From Patescibacteria group bacterium (GTDB taxonomy: Bacteria; Patescibacteriota; Microgenomatia; UBA1400; PJMF01), in contig BOKR01000001.1 in assembly GCA_016861085.1 (NCBI GenBank), positions 1,057,298 to 1,096,039 of the forward strand: 38,742 nt of DNA. The letters are read 5' to 3'. The notes below the pieces were generated by a model that searched no databases, was not told the origin of the DNA, and saw only the letters and a list, made by a program, of their open reading frames with translations. The position numbers were made by a program, and so were the translations under genes. Positions within the stretch are counted from its first letter, which is position 1, and each line of letters opens with the position of its first letter. Shown here one piece after another: positions 1 through 7,368 of the stretch.

Positions 1-1
1 C

Positions 2-223
2 CCTGGCTTTATGACTACCTTGGCATATTATTTTTTGTGTACTGATTTTGATGATTTGAGCCATGAAGTAGAAGAAGACCCATTTGAATTGTTTGAAGGA
101 GAATGGGTTGATTTTTCGAGCTTAGAAGCAATGATATATGCCAATGAAATTAAAAACCCATATGTTATCGTGGGGTTCTTCCTGGCAAAGAAAAAACTTG
201 AAGAAGAAAATTCTCAATCTTAA
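2..223 (+). CDS. C-terminal end of an ORF entering from upstream of the window; function unknown
   Basis: The frame of the listed 11..223 ORF stays open back to base 2 (cct ggc ttt atg), so the Met is probably internal. Acidic tail, no motif I can name. Confidence 0.35.
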   Translation, partial: PGFMTTLAYYFLCTDFDDLSHEVEEDPFELFEGEWVDFSSLEAMIYANEIKNPYVIVGFFLAKKKLEEENSQS

Positions 224-625
224 CTACTCTCTTAAACCGTGACTTTGAATACAAAACTCATATTCTCTGGGAGAAGCCTTCTCCGTCCAGTCTTTAGCTG
301 GTTGAGCCTGAATTTCTTTATTTGAATCAATAATCACTCTGTTGCGATGCTCACAAAAATCATTTAGGTCAAATATTTCGCCGTTGGCATTTTTCTGTGG
401 TAGAGAACAATCAGTAAGTGCACCTTCGGCTCGTAATTGCTCTTCTGTTTTTTCTGGTTGGTATGGAATTGCGTCTTGGTGTTTTTGAACCCAGGAGCAT
501 TCTTGTCTTATTTTGGTTGGTCTGTATTCAAACCAATAAAATGCCCCTGCCCCCATCAGCGCCAACAAAAAAATCAAAGTTGCTCCAATAGAGAAAGAAA
601 CTACTGGTAGTTGTGTTTTTTTCAT
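224..625 (-). CDS. hypothetical membrane-anchored protein with Cys-containing ectodomain
   Basis: 133-aa ORF with an N-terminal hydrophobic helix (VVSFSIGATLIFLLALMGAGAFYWF). ATGA start/stop overlap with the upstream ORF 622..1173. Confidence 0.5.
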   Translation of the reverse strand: MKKTQLPVVSFSIGATLIFLLALMGAGAFYWFEYRPTKIRQECSWVQKHQDAIPYQPEKTEEQLRAEGALTDCSLPQKNANGEIFDLNDFCEHRNRVIIDSNKEIQAQPAKDWTEKASPREYEFCIQSHGLRE

Positions 626-1173
626 TCAAACTCAAAGGTGGTTAATATCTGGTCAGTAAGTTCTTTATTTTCTTGAGTAGGTGGCATTGTAGAAACCGTA
701 AATAATTTTCCATTCTTGATTATTACTGTTGAAAATCTCGTTCTTGGACCAGTGATAAGACCCTGAATCCCTACATAATTATCAATATTTGTCTCCTGCA
801 CAGTGGTAGTATCCATCTCTTGTTTTGCCAGTTCAATATCTTGCTCTGTTGCATCCTTGAATTGTTGGAATAACCCATATAGTTGATATTCGGGGTTATT
901 CTCTGAACCTTTAGTTACATAAAAACCAACAGTACGGAAAGTATCACCATCATTAGCAACTTCTTTACGAAAAACTAAGTCACTTGGGTGTTGAAATGTT
1001 AAACCAATTTCTTCTACGGTCTCTTGTTGCCAATTATTTTGCTCACTACTAATCATTGATATGGAAGGTGATTCAGCTATCTTAGAAGTGCTTTTTTTGT
1101 AATAGAGATAAGAGCTAATGGCCATCACAACCAATAGTATGAGTAATGCATAAAATCTCTTTTTAGTAAACAT
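622..1173 (-). CDS. hypothetical membrane-anchored protein
   Basis: 183-aa ORF with an N-terminal helix (FYALLILLVVMAISSYLYY) followed by a soluble domain. First gene of a two-gene minus-strand unit. Confidence 0.5.
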   Translation of the reverse strand: MFTKKRFYALLILLVVMAISSYLYYKKSTSKIAESPSISMISSEQNNWQQETVEEIGLTFQHPSDLVFRKEVANDGDTFRTVGFYVTKGSENNPEYQLYGLFQQFKDATEQDIELAKQEMDTTTVQETNIDNYVGIQGLITGPRTRFSTVIIKNGKLFTVSTMPPTQENKELTDQILTTFEFE

Positions 1174-1197
1174 ACTGGCATTATCGCACTTTTCCAG

Positions 1198-1226
1198 TTC
1201 TGTGTAAGCACTAGTTGAGGTATAAT
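1198..1226 (+). promoter_or_regulatory. candidate sigma70-type promoter for the 1414..2882 operon
   Basis: TATAAT at 1221-1226 and a weak -35 TTCTGT at 1198-1203 with a 17-nt spacer. Lies in a 240-nt divergent intergenic region. Confidence 0.3.
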
Positions 1227-1275
1227 GTGCGCAACAAGTTAATTAAGACCTAACCCCAGTCAATTATTGGCTGGG

Positions 1276-1413
1276 CATGGTCGCAAAAACCACGAAAGTA
1301 AAAACCCCTCGCTTGGGGAAGACTTTCGTGGTCATGTTGGGAAACCTTCATGGGGAGCAATCCCGATAACTCAGGCGGGGGCTTTTTGTAAAAATAGCCC
1401 TCTTAATAGGGCT
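1276..1413 (+). promoter_or_regulatory. structured 5' leader (unclassified) ending in an RBS-sequestering hairpin
   Basis: Long hairpin at 1276-1336: catgg/tcatg, a 10-bp stem ccacgaaagt(1290-1299)/actttcgtgg(1322-1331), and an apical cccc-tcgctt-gggg. GNRA hairpin ggga-gcaa-tccc at 1353-1364. Hairpin agccct(1396-1401)/agggct(1408-1413) buries the AGGG Shine-Dalgarno-like purines right before ATG 1414. Confidence 0.3.
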
Positions 1414-2148
1414 ATGAAAAAGTTACGAAAAGTCATTACATCAATTTTGCCATCACTAATGCTACTAGTGATTATTGGAGCAGGTGGTGCTTTTGCATAT
1501 TTCCGAGAACAACAACTAAGCCAACCTCAACAAGAAATAATTTCACCAACTCCTAGCCCTAAAAACACTCCTAAACCTACCCCCTCACCATCCTCAGTTG
1601 GAACAAAACCTGTTATTCAAAAATCTGCCTCAAACAGGATTACTTGCACTGGCCCGGATGGCAAGCAGTTTCAAACCACCCGAAAAGAGTGTGATGACTT
1701 CAATGCTGCCTGGGGCAATCCTACCTCAACAAGTCAGGGGGTATGTCATGACCCTGATGGAAATGTTATAGCGATAGAAAAATGCCCTTGGCTATTAGGG
1801 AATCAAGGCCAAGCGCAAAATGGTCTTACAGAAAATCAGGTGAAAAATATGATTATTACTGAACAAGCGAAGCAGGGATTATCCGAAATGGAAATGCAAA
1901 ATAAGTCAGCAAACTATAACGCTTGTTTATCAGATACATTTAGCAAAAAGAACACTTGCCAGTCTGGGTGCTCCAATACTCGAAGCTCTGAGAGCAATGC
2001 TTGTTCTGCTGCTTATCTTGGCTCCAACCCTCTTATCGAATACAGTCCACAAAAATATGATGAATGTATAGCAGAAAGTAGTGCTAAACATGAATCTTGT
2101 TACACAAACTGCTCGCAACAATACGATGCCACAAAGTGTCAATATTAG
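1414..2148 (+). CDS. membrane-anchored/secreted protein with a Pro-rich linker and a Cys-rich domain
   Basis: I start it at Met50 of the listed ORF (MKKLRKV...), which is followed by a hydrophobic helix. The upstream 49 codons coincide with the structured leader. TPSPKNTPKPTPSPS linker and many Cys residues. Confidence 0.55.
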   Translation: MKKLRKVITSILPSLMLLVIIGAGGAFAYFREQQLSQPQQEIISPTPSPKNTPKPTPSPSSVGTKPVIQKSASNRITCTGPDGKQFQTTRKECDDFNAAWGNPTSTSQGVCHDPDGNVIAIEKCPWLLGNQGQAQNGLTENQVKNMIITEQAKQGLSEMEMQNKSANYNACLSDTFSKKNTCQSGCSNTRSSESNACSAAYLGSNPLIEYSPQKYDECIAESSAKHESCYTNCSQQYDATKCQY

Positions 2149-2157
2149 GGGAAAACA

Positions 2158-2361
2158 ATGGATAAATCAGGGACAAGAATTTCTATTGCAATCTTAACTA
2201 TCATCAATTTTTTTGTGGTTGGAAGTGGTATTTATTTCCATGAGGTTCCCTACTGGGCAGTTGCATTGCTATCAAACGCAATTGGACTGTTCCTTGGTTT
2301 TGTACTTGCCGCTATAGTTGAAAGCAGAAGAGAATACATTAAAAAATACGGCAATAAATGA
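2158..2361 (+). CDS. small two-helix membrane protein
   Basis: 67 aa with two hydrophobic segments. Starts 9 nt after the previous stop and overlaps the next ORF by ATGA. Confidence 0.5.
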   Translation: MDKSGTRISIAILTIINFFVVGSGIYFHEVPYWAVALLSNAIGLFLGFVLAAIVESRREYIKKYGNK

Positions 2362-2882
2362 CATTTAGTGATTTTTATATCGTCCCCAGTCGCAAAGCTA
2401 AAATTGAAATACTTCCTGGTGACTTTCTAGACCAACGTGTGGGCATCATTGAACAAAATGATAGATTGATTACTGTTTATCGTCCTGTTGAAGACCCTTT
2501 TGTTGCCAAGAGACTACATGATGAATTTTGGGAAGAGTTCAGCCACAGATTAAAAACTGATGGACTTAATCTTGTTCAAACGCTTAAGGAAACGGTCAAA
2601 GCTTTCAATTTTTCTTGTCTTAATCCACCATCTGATTTTGTACCAGAATCAGGAGCCATGGTTTTACTAGTATATATAAGCTCAGGTAATGAAATTACCT
2701 TTGTTCAGGTTGGCCCAATCACCTTAAAAACTCGTCAAAATGGACGTTTTGTGGCAGTTACTGAATCACATATGAGCAAGGGTGAACCAACGCGTTTTAT
2801 TGGACATCCAAGCTATTGTAGCGTTGATGAAACAAGTTCAATAAGCACTACCCCTTATTCTAAAACACTAGTGCTTGAATAA
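2358..2882 (+). CDS. hypothetical cytoplasmic protein
   Basis: 174-aa ORF translationally coupled (ATGA) to 2158..2361. No motif I can name with confidence. Confidence 0.5.
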   Translation: MTFSDFYIVPSRKAKIEILPGDFLDQRVGIIEQNDRLITVYRPVEDPFVAKRLHDEFWEEFSHRLKTDGLNLVQTLKETVKAFNFSCLNPPSDFVPESGAMVLLVYISSGNEITFVQVGPITLKTRQNGRFVAVTESHMSKGEPTRFIGHPSYCSVDETSSISTTPYSKTLVLE

Positions 2883-2939
2883 TTAGCGGACACTATTGGA
2901 AGAAATTGTTTTATAATTACTCGAAAAAAAAGGATACAT

Positions 2940-3452
2940 ATGCCAACAATTGATAACATTAAAAAACAGATTAAAAACCTTGACGGACTAGAATCATTTT
3001 TAGCTCGAAAGGAAATTAAGGAGCTTCCCAAAATTTTATGGGAAGACGAAGAAATAGTTAATCTCGTTCAAGGATTTTATAACAATGGAACTGGCCTACT
3101 CATCGCAACCAATAGACGTTTGATTTTTGTTGATAAAGGTATGCTATGGGGTGTCAAAGTAGAAGACTTTCCTTATGACAAAATTTCCTCTATCCAGTAT
3201 GAAACAGGTATCTTGATGGGAGAAATTGATATTTTTGCTTCTGGCAACAGGGCAGAAATCAAAAACATCACCAAAGTCAAAGTTCGTCCCTTTGCTGAAT
3301 CTGTTCGCGCCAGAATTTCAGGAGCATCAACCCCAAAGAAACAAGCTGAAGAAGACAAGTACGCTAAACTCGAAAAATTAGCTGAGCTTAAAGAAAAAGG
3401 TATTCTTTCTGAAAAAGAGTTTGAAGCTGAAAAAAAGAAACTACTCAGCTAA
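2940..3452 (+). CDS. bacterial PH-domain protein with C-terminal SHOCT domain
   Basis: The central pattern LLIATNRRLIFVDKG...FPYDKISSIQYE is typical of bacterial PH (YokE-like) domains. The C-terminus KLEKLAELKEKGILSEKEFEAEKKKLL matches the SHOCT short oligomerisation motif. AGGA sits upstream of the ATG. Confidence 0.6.
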   Translation: MPTIDNIKKQIKNLDGLESFLARKEIKELPKILWEDEEIVNLVQGFYNNGTGLLIATNRRLIFVDKGMLWGVKVEDFPYDKISSIQYETGILMGEIDIFASGNRAEIKNITKVKVRPFAESVRARISGASTPKKQAEEDKYAKLEKLAELKEKGILSEKEFEAEKKKLLS

Positions 3453-4151
3453 TTCAACAAAGCGCAGCAGCATATTGCGGTGTATTTCTACACATGCCTC
3501 AATGCTAAGTGTCTCACCATCATATGAAGATTCAAAATGTCTGTAGTAGCTGCCTACCGAGTTTTTATAAGCGTTGAAGCTTGTTCGAGTAGTTACTCCT
3601 GCTTGGCTAACTTCTGAAGCTAGTCTGTTTATATTTTTTCTATTGTAGAGTTCAACTTGCAAAGCCTCTAGAGAAAAATATAACCAAAAACCAACTTCTC
3701 TATCTTTGCCGGACATTTCTTTGTACTGCAAAGCTTTGTCAAAAAAATCTAAAGACATGCTGTGCTTGCTCAGACCAGCACTAAACTCGCTGGCAATATC
3801 TATCGGTAGTGCTATGGCAGCACTGGCAGACATTGTTGCTCGTCTTTCAGAGCTCACGCCATTGCCCCACACTACCAAATGTGTCGAGACAACCTGGGTG
3901 TTAAGTTTGTGTTGAAGTGAAATCGAGTGAGCAATATTACTTGTTTTCTCTTTAGCATATGTAAGTGCATCTTCTTGGTTCAAGCTTGTATCAGTAAAGT
4001 TGAGATTTACTTGCAACTTATTTCTATTTGACAGCTTAAAAGCAATTACTGTGCCCTCATCAGTAGTAAATGGCCTTGGAATATTTTCAACAATTCCATA
4101 GGGAATAAGAATTGTTGAAGTTATTTGTTTTTCTCGGTGGTTGTTTGTCAT
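3441..4151 (-). CDS. hypothetical protein
   Basis: 236-aa ORF convergent with 2940..3452, with 12 nt of overlapping 3' ends. No recognisable motif. Confidence 0.45.
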   Translation of the reverse strand: MTNNHREKQITSTILIPYGIVENIPRPFTTDEGTVIAFKLSNRNKLQVNLNFTDTSLNQEDALTYAKEKTSNIAHSISLQHKLNTQVVSTHLVVWGNGVSSERRATMSASAAIALPIDIASEFSAGLSKHSMSLDFFDKALQYKEMSGKDREVGFWLYFSLEALQVELYNRKNINRLASEVSQAGVTTRTSFNAYKNSVGSYYRHFESSYDGETLSIEACVEIHRNMLLRFVELAE

Positions 4152-4253
4152 ATTGGCAACTTAAAACAAATTTTCCATTAAAACAAGGTTTATTTTTAGT
4201 GTGATAGGCTCGACTTATAGCCCTTATCCTTATTGATTTAGGCAAAGTGTATT

Positions 4254-4721
4254 ATGACCTCCAGCAAAAGAGTGGTTGAGACAGTGCCACAAATTTCTAT
4301 TTCCAGCGTGAAAGAGTACGTCAGTCACCGCCATCCGATTATCCAGCTTAACTTGACTGATGGTCGTGGCAGACAAACACTCTGTTTAGTAAAAACCACA
4401 AGAACTGAATGCTATTTTGGTGGCAGTCGTCCTTGGTTCAAATGTATTCTTTGTGATAAGCGAGCTGGAGTGCTTTATCTTAATGAAGAAGGAAGCCATT
4501 TGTTTTGCCGAGGGTGTTCTAATCTACGCTATCGCTCTCAGGCAGTTAGTGGGAGCAACCGAATGTTAATGAGATACTTTGATGCGGATGAGCGAGCAGA
4601 AACCGTTTTTGATAGGCCACAGAGGGTCAAAATTTGGCACAAAGATAAGCTCACCAGGCGTTTTAAGAGATATTTGAAATACCGAGAAAAAGCAGAAAAG
4701 CTCAGCAGATTTTTTGTTTAA
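4254..4721 (+). CDS. zinc-ribbon protein of unknown function
   Basis: CYFGGSRPWFKCILCDKRAGVLYL...FCRGCSNLRYRSQ gives a C-x(n)-CxxC...CxxC arrangement, followed by a basic helical tail. Confidence 0.5.
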   Translation: MTSSKRVVETVPQISISSVKEYVSHRHPIIQLNLTDGRGRQTLCLVKTTRTECYFGGSRPWFKCILCDKRAGVLYLNEEGSHLFCRGCSNLRYRSQAVSGSNRMLMRYFDADERAETVFDRPQRVKIWHKDKLTRRFKRYLKYREKAEKLSRFFV

Positions 4722-4827
4722 TAAAGAACGTCAAATCAATTATTTTTACTTACTTTAGCCCCTTTCACATACTATCTCAACTTATACCATCTTATATCAT
4801 ATTTAACTGATAAATCAATCAAAATCG

Positions 4828-4856
4828 TTGACAATGGGTGTGTTTTTTGGTATAAA
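4828..4856 (+). promoter_or_regulatory. near-consensus sigma70 promoter with extended -10
   Basis: TTGACA (4828-4833), a 17-nt spacer ending in TGg, then TATAAA (4851-4856). Confidence 0.55.
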
Positions 4857-4914
4857 TTTACTACTGTCGGGCAGACATACCGGTTGGCAAGCTGGTTATC
4901 TTATTTGAGCAATT

Positions 4915-4986
4915 AAGACCGTTTTGTGGGCAAGGTAACTTGCCAAAGTCTCATTAAGAGCCTTGCTCACAAAGCGGTCTTTTTTA
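4915..4986 (+). terminator. intrinsic-terminator-like stem-loop / attenuator in the leader of the EndoVII-PolA-like genes
   Basis: 14-bp stem aagaccgttttgtg (4915-4928) / cacaaagcggtctt (4968-4981) with one G-U pair. It encloses the hairpin ggcaag-gtaa-cttgcc (4929-4944) and runs into T6 (4980-4985). GGAG follows at 4989-4992 and ATG at 4998. Confidence 0.45.
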
Positions 4987-4997
4987 TTGGAGAAAAG

Positions 4998-5297
4998 ATG
5001 AGAGTTAGCATGAAAGTCAAAGCATTAGCCATACAGAATGAGCTTAGTGTTGAAATGGTTAAAAAGTTGCTTAACCACGCAATATACCAAGCTTGTCCAA
5101 TTTGTTTGACAAGAGGCACAGTTGATAAACCATTGGTTTTAGACCACAAAAAGGAAGACTATGGTTGTGGCGAATTCCGAGGATTAGTGTGCAAGGATTG
5201 TTCAAAAATGATTGATTTTTTCGAGTACCTTGCTAAACGCCGCCCGGAATCTTCTCTTCAAGCACTCATGGGAGAACTTCAAAAAAGAATCGGCTAA
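4998..5297 (+). CDS. Endonuclease VII / HNH-like zinc-binding nuclease
   Basis: CPICLTRG...LVLDHKKEDYGCGEFRGLVCKDCSKMI follows the Endonuclease_7 pattern CxxC...DH...G.(V/F)RGL(L/V)CxxC(N/S). I start it at ATG 4998 behind GGAG. The listed GTG 4926 start lies inside the terminator-like structure. Confidence 0.55.
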   Translation: MRVSMKVKALAIQNELSVEMVKKLLNHAIYQACPICLTRGTVDKPLVLDHKKEDYGCGEFRGLVCKDCSKMIDFFEYLAKRRPESSLQALMGELQKRIG

Positions 5298-5330
5298 AGC
5301 ACAATAAACTAACTTTCTCACAATCAAAAG

Positions 5331-6929
5331 ATGCAAGATGGATGGAAAAAAGTTACTGGTTTTGAATCCGCTGGCCCTACAAATATGGTCACGCTTAATG
5401 TACTTAAAAGAATGGTTGTTTCAAGTCAGTTTAGAAACAATGTTGTTAAGTATTTACCGGGGATAAATAAGAATTCTGCATATTGGCAACTGACTGCTTA
5501 CCTCATGTTTTGGACTACCAAGAGTTCCAAAGAGGGCAAGCTGATGATTGGGCAAGAAATTCTGGCTACACTAGAAAACAAGTTTGAGCAATTGGTATCA
5601 GGTAATTACTCTGCCATATCCTTTCTAACTGATTACTGGAGTGATGTATTGTCATTTGAAATATCTGATTGGAGTTACTTTGAAGGGAAAGCAAGAGTTG
5701 TTGAGAGCATTGACTGGCCTAATGAGTTGGATGTGTTGCTACAGCAGGAACTTAATAAATTGCCAAGAGAAAAAGAAGAGCCTGTGTTTTTTATCTCAGG
5801 AGAGCCCAGAAGTGAGCGAAAAATCAAAACATTGGTTGAGCTTGAGAAGACACAAGCCAATTCCTTCATTGAGACAGCCACCAGAAATAAAGAATTATTG
5901 ATGTACCTCACTGAGCTGAACTCATATCGGTACACCAGAGCCCTAAAGAATGTTAAAAATGCTCTAGATGTGGTAAAAGCTCTACCTATCGAATCGCAAG
6001 GCCGAGAGCTCAAAATACTCGGTAGACTGTTTGATAACGCTCAGCCGCTTTATAAAACCGCTGAGAAATCGGTCAGGATTTTTCCCATGTACGACAATTT
6101 GCTAGCTCTCAAGCGAGAAGTCAGACAAGCTTTAACCCAAGATTGGATTGAATGCGATTTGCGGTCTGCTCAACTGGCTATCGTGGCTAGGTTATGGAAC
6201 TTGCCCTTAGTAAACGAATTTTTAGCCAAGAATCAAAGTATCTGGGAGCACCTGGCCGAGCTGTTAAACATAGAGCTAAACCCCAAGCTTAAAAAAGCAC
6301 TTAAGCATGAGTTTTTGTACCCTCTTTGCTTTGGCGAGTCAAAGCGGGTGCTAAAACAAGTAGTAACTGACATATTCGAGAAAGGAATGGGCATTGAAAA
6401 TGCTTTTGATACTCTTTTTGGTCTGCCAATCATGCAAGAAATTTGGAAAGGAAGAGCCAAGAGGATTCAAAAAATATATAAAGAATGGGGATTACGGGAT
6501 GCCTTTGGGGACTGGCTACCGATGAAAAAACATGACAAGAAAGCTGCTATTTCCCTTCTGGCTCAGGAAGCGCAAAGTTATGAGTTATCACTTCTCCTGC
6601 CAGTTCTTGATTTGGCCAAAAACAGCAATGATAACTTGTCTATTCTTGCCTGGCAGCATGATGGATTCTCGGCGGTGTGTAAGAAAAATGAGGAGATTTG
6701 GGTTCCGGCAATGAAACAAGTAGTTAAAAATAAAGCAAACGAGCTAGCTATCAATACTGTCTTGGAGACAGATTCATCCTTTAATGATTGGGAACTTAGT
6801 CCTCGAGGTTTGACAATTAAGCAACTACACCAACAGGGCCCAAACCAAGTCAAGAACCCAGAACAACCAGACAAACACACCAAACCACCAACGGACACAA
6901 ACAAACGAAGAACAACAATTACACTATGA
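5331..6929 (+). CDS. divergent family-A (PolA-like) DNA polymerase palm/fingers homolog without an exonuclease domain
   Basis: Co-linear weak matches to Klenow motifs: REVRQAL (RRIRQAF), ECDLRSAQLAIVARL (ADYSQIELRIMAHL, motif A), KKALKHEFLYPLCFGES (RSAKAINFGLIYGMS, motif B), WGLRDAFGDWLP (GYVETLDGRRLYLP), AAISLLAQEAQ (AAINAPMQGTA) and LAWQHDGF (MQVHDELV, motif C). Basic, low-complexity C-terminal tail. Confidence 0.4.
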   Translation: MQDGWKKVTGFESAGPTNMVTLNVLKRMVVSSQFRNNVVKYLPGINKNSAYWQLTAYLMFWTTKSSKEGKLMIGQEILATLENKFEQLVSGNYSAISFLTDYWSDVLSFEISDWSYFEGKARVVESIDWPNELDVLLQQELNKLPREKEEPVFFISGEPRSERKIKTLVELEKTQANSFIETATRNKELLMYLTELNSYRYTRALKNVKNALDVVKALPIESQGRELKILGRLFDNAQPLYKTAEKSVRIFPMYDNLLALKREVRQALTQDWIECDLRSAQLAIVARLWNLPLVNEFLAKNQSIWEHLAELLNIELNPKLKKALKHEFLYPLCFGESKRVLKQVVTDIFEKGMGIENAFDTLFGLPIMQEIWKGRAKRIQKIYKEWGLRDAFGDWLPMKKHDKKAAISLLAQEAQSYELSLLLPVLDLAKNSNDNLSILAWQHDGFSAVCKKNEEIWVPAMKQVVKNKANELAINTVLETDSSFNDWELSPRGLTIKQLHQQGPNQVKNPEQPDKHTKPPTDTNKRRTTITL

Positions 6930-7122
6930 TAAGTAGATTAGTATGTGTGTAAGTCTGGTATTTTTTTGTCTCCTTGAAATTTTGGTTCAATAAGCGATTG
7001 TTTATAACCTATATCATCTTTGTCATTTTACTTGTATTATCAACATATACTTTTGATATACTATTGGTGCTTGTGAGTAGGAACTTTGGGCGTTCGAGAG
7101 AACGTAGGTGTCGAAAGACATC

Positions 7123-7368
7123 ATGGCAAAGAAGCCTATTCATCACGGAAATAGCCCCTCTTCCAGTGATAAATCAGATAATAAAAGTCGAACACCTCCA
7201 GCAGGTGGTTTTGTTGCGTCTCCTGAGCTAAATACTACCCCACTCTTTCAAGAATCAGTTGAAGCAAAGATGCGATTGCTCGCCAATCTAATCATTGATA
7301 AAATGTTGGAAGAAAAGAGAAATGGAACACTCAGCAGCAAAATCCACACCAGCAATAGCAATAGTTAG
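7123..7368 (+). CDS. small ORF overlapping the recombinase start; candidate accessory factor
   Basis: ATG at 7123 (the listed ORF begins at GTG 7108). Low-complexity N-terminus and helical C-terminus (AKMRLLANLIIDKMLEEKR). Overlaps ATG 7322 of the recombinase by 47 nt. Coding status is uncertain. Confidence 0.25.
   Translation: MAKKPIHHGNSPSSSDKSDNKSRTPPAGGFVASPELNTTPLFQESVEAKMRLLANLIIDKMLEEKRNGTLSSKIHTSNSNS

Noticed and set aside
1241-1250. The 10-mer aattaagacc occurs in both structured leaders (1241-1250 and 4911-4920).
   Set aside because: The flanks do not align. A single shared AT-rich 10-mer in about 77 kb of two-strand sequence is within chance.
1267-1413. N-terminal 49 codons of the listed 1267..2148 ORF (MAGHGRKNHESKNPS...).
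   Set aside because: This stretch coincides with strong RNA hairpins. The internal Met at 1414 is followed by a typical basic and hydrophobic anchor. I treat it as leader, not coding.
1930-2142. Many 60-136-aa ORFs nested in or antisense to longer genes. Examples are 1930..2142, 3173..3358, 3706..3915, 4967..5149, 5641..5901, 5675..6013, 6233..6460, 6532..6714, 6578..6904, 8342..8557, 10694..10882, 11270..11476, 11573..11803, 11787..11972, 12042..12227, 12401..12640, 13231..13413, 13942..14136, 14412..14690, 15136..15342 and 15813..16007. Similar ORFs occur through to 38533..38727.
   Set aside because: Each lies entirely within, or largely overlaps, a longer ORF that carries recognisable motifs or operon context. 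Their translations are low-complexity or Cys/Leu/Ser-rich, as expected for off-frame reading of AT-rich genes.
2358-2882. Local resemblance of GAMVLLVYISSGNEITFVQVGPITLKTRQNGRFVAVTESH to the PP2C phosphatase core (GTT...ANVGDSR...LT.DH).
   Set aside because: The metal-binding Asp motifs (DG.GG, GDSR, C-terminal DN) are absent, and the protein is about 70 aa too short. The match covers only about 40 residues.
4733-4819. aaatcaat occurs twice (4733-4740 and 4812-4819), and tatatcat / ttttactt strings are shared between the 4722-4860 and 6930-7120 intergenic regions. These could be iterons.
   Set aside because: The motifs are 8 nt or shorter, AT-rich, irregularly spaced and present in only two copies. 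That is not enough to call iterons or operators.
4926-4997. GTG-initiated extension of the EndoVII-like ORF.
   Set aside because: It lies inside the terminator-like stem-loop. A GGAG-ATG pair at 4989-5000 gives a sensible 99-aa protein.
6974-7231. 85-aa ORF in the gap between the PolA-like gene and the recombinase.
   Set aside because: It starts at TTG, and its hydrophobic, low-complexity translation comes from an AT-rich promoter-like region. It is out of frame with and overlaps the 7123 ORF. There is no RBS or motif support.
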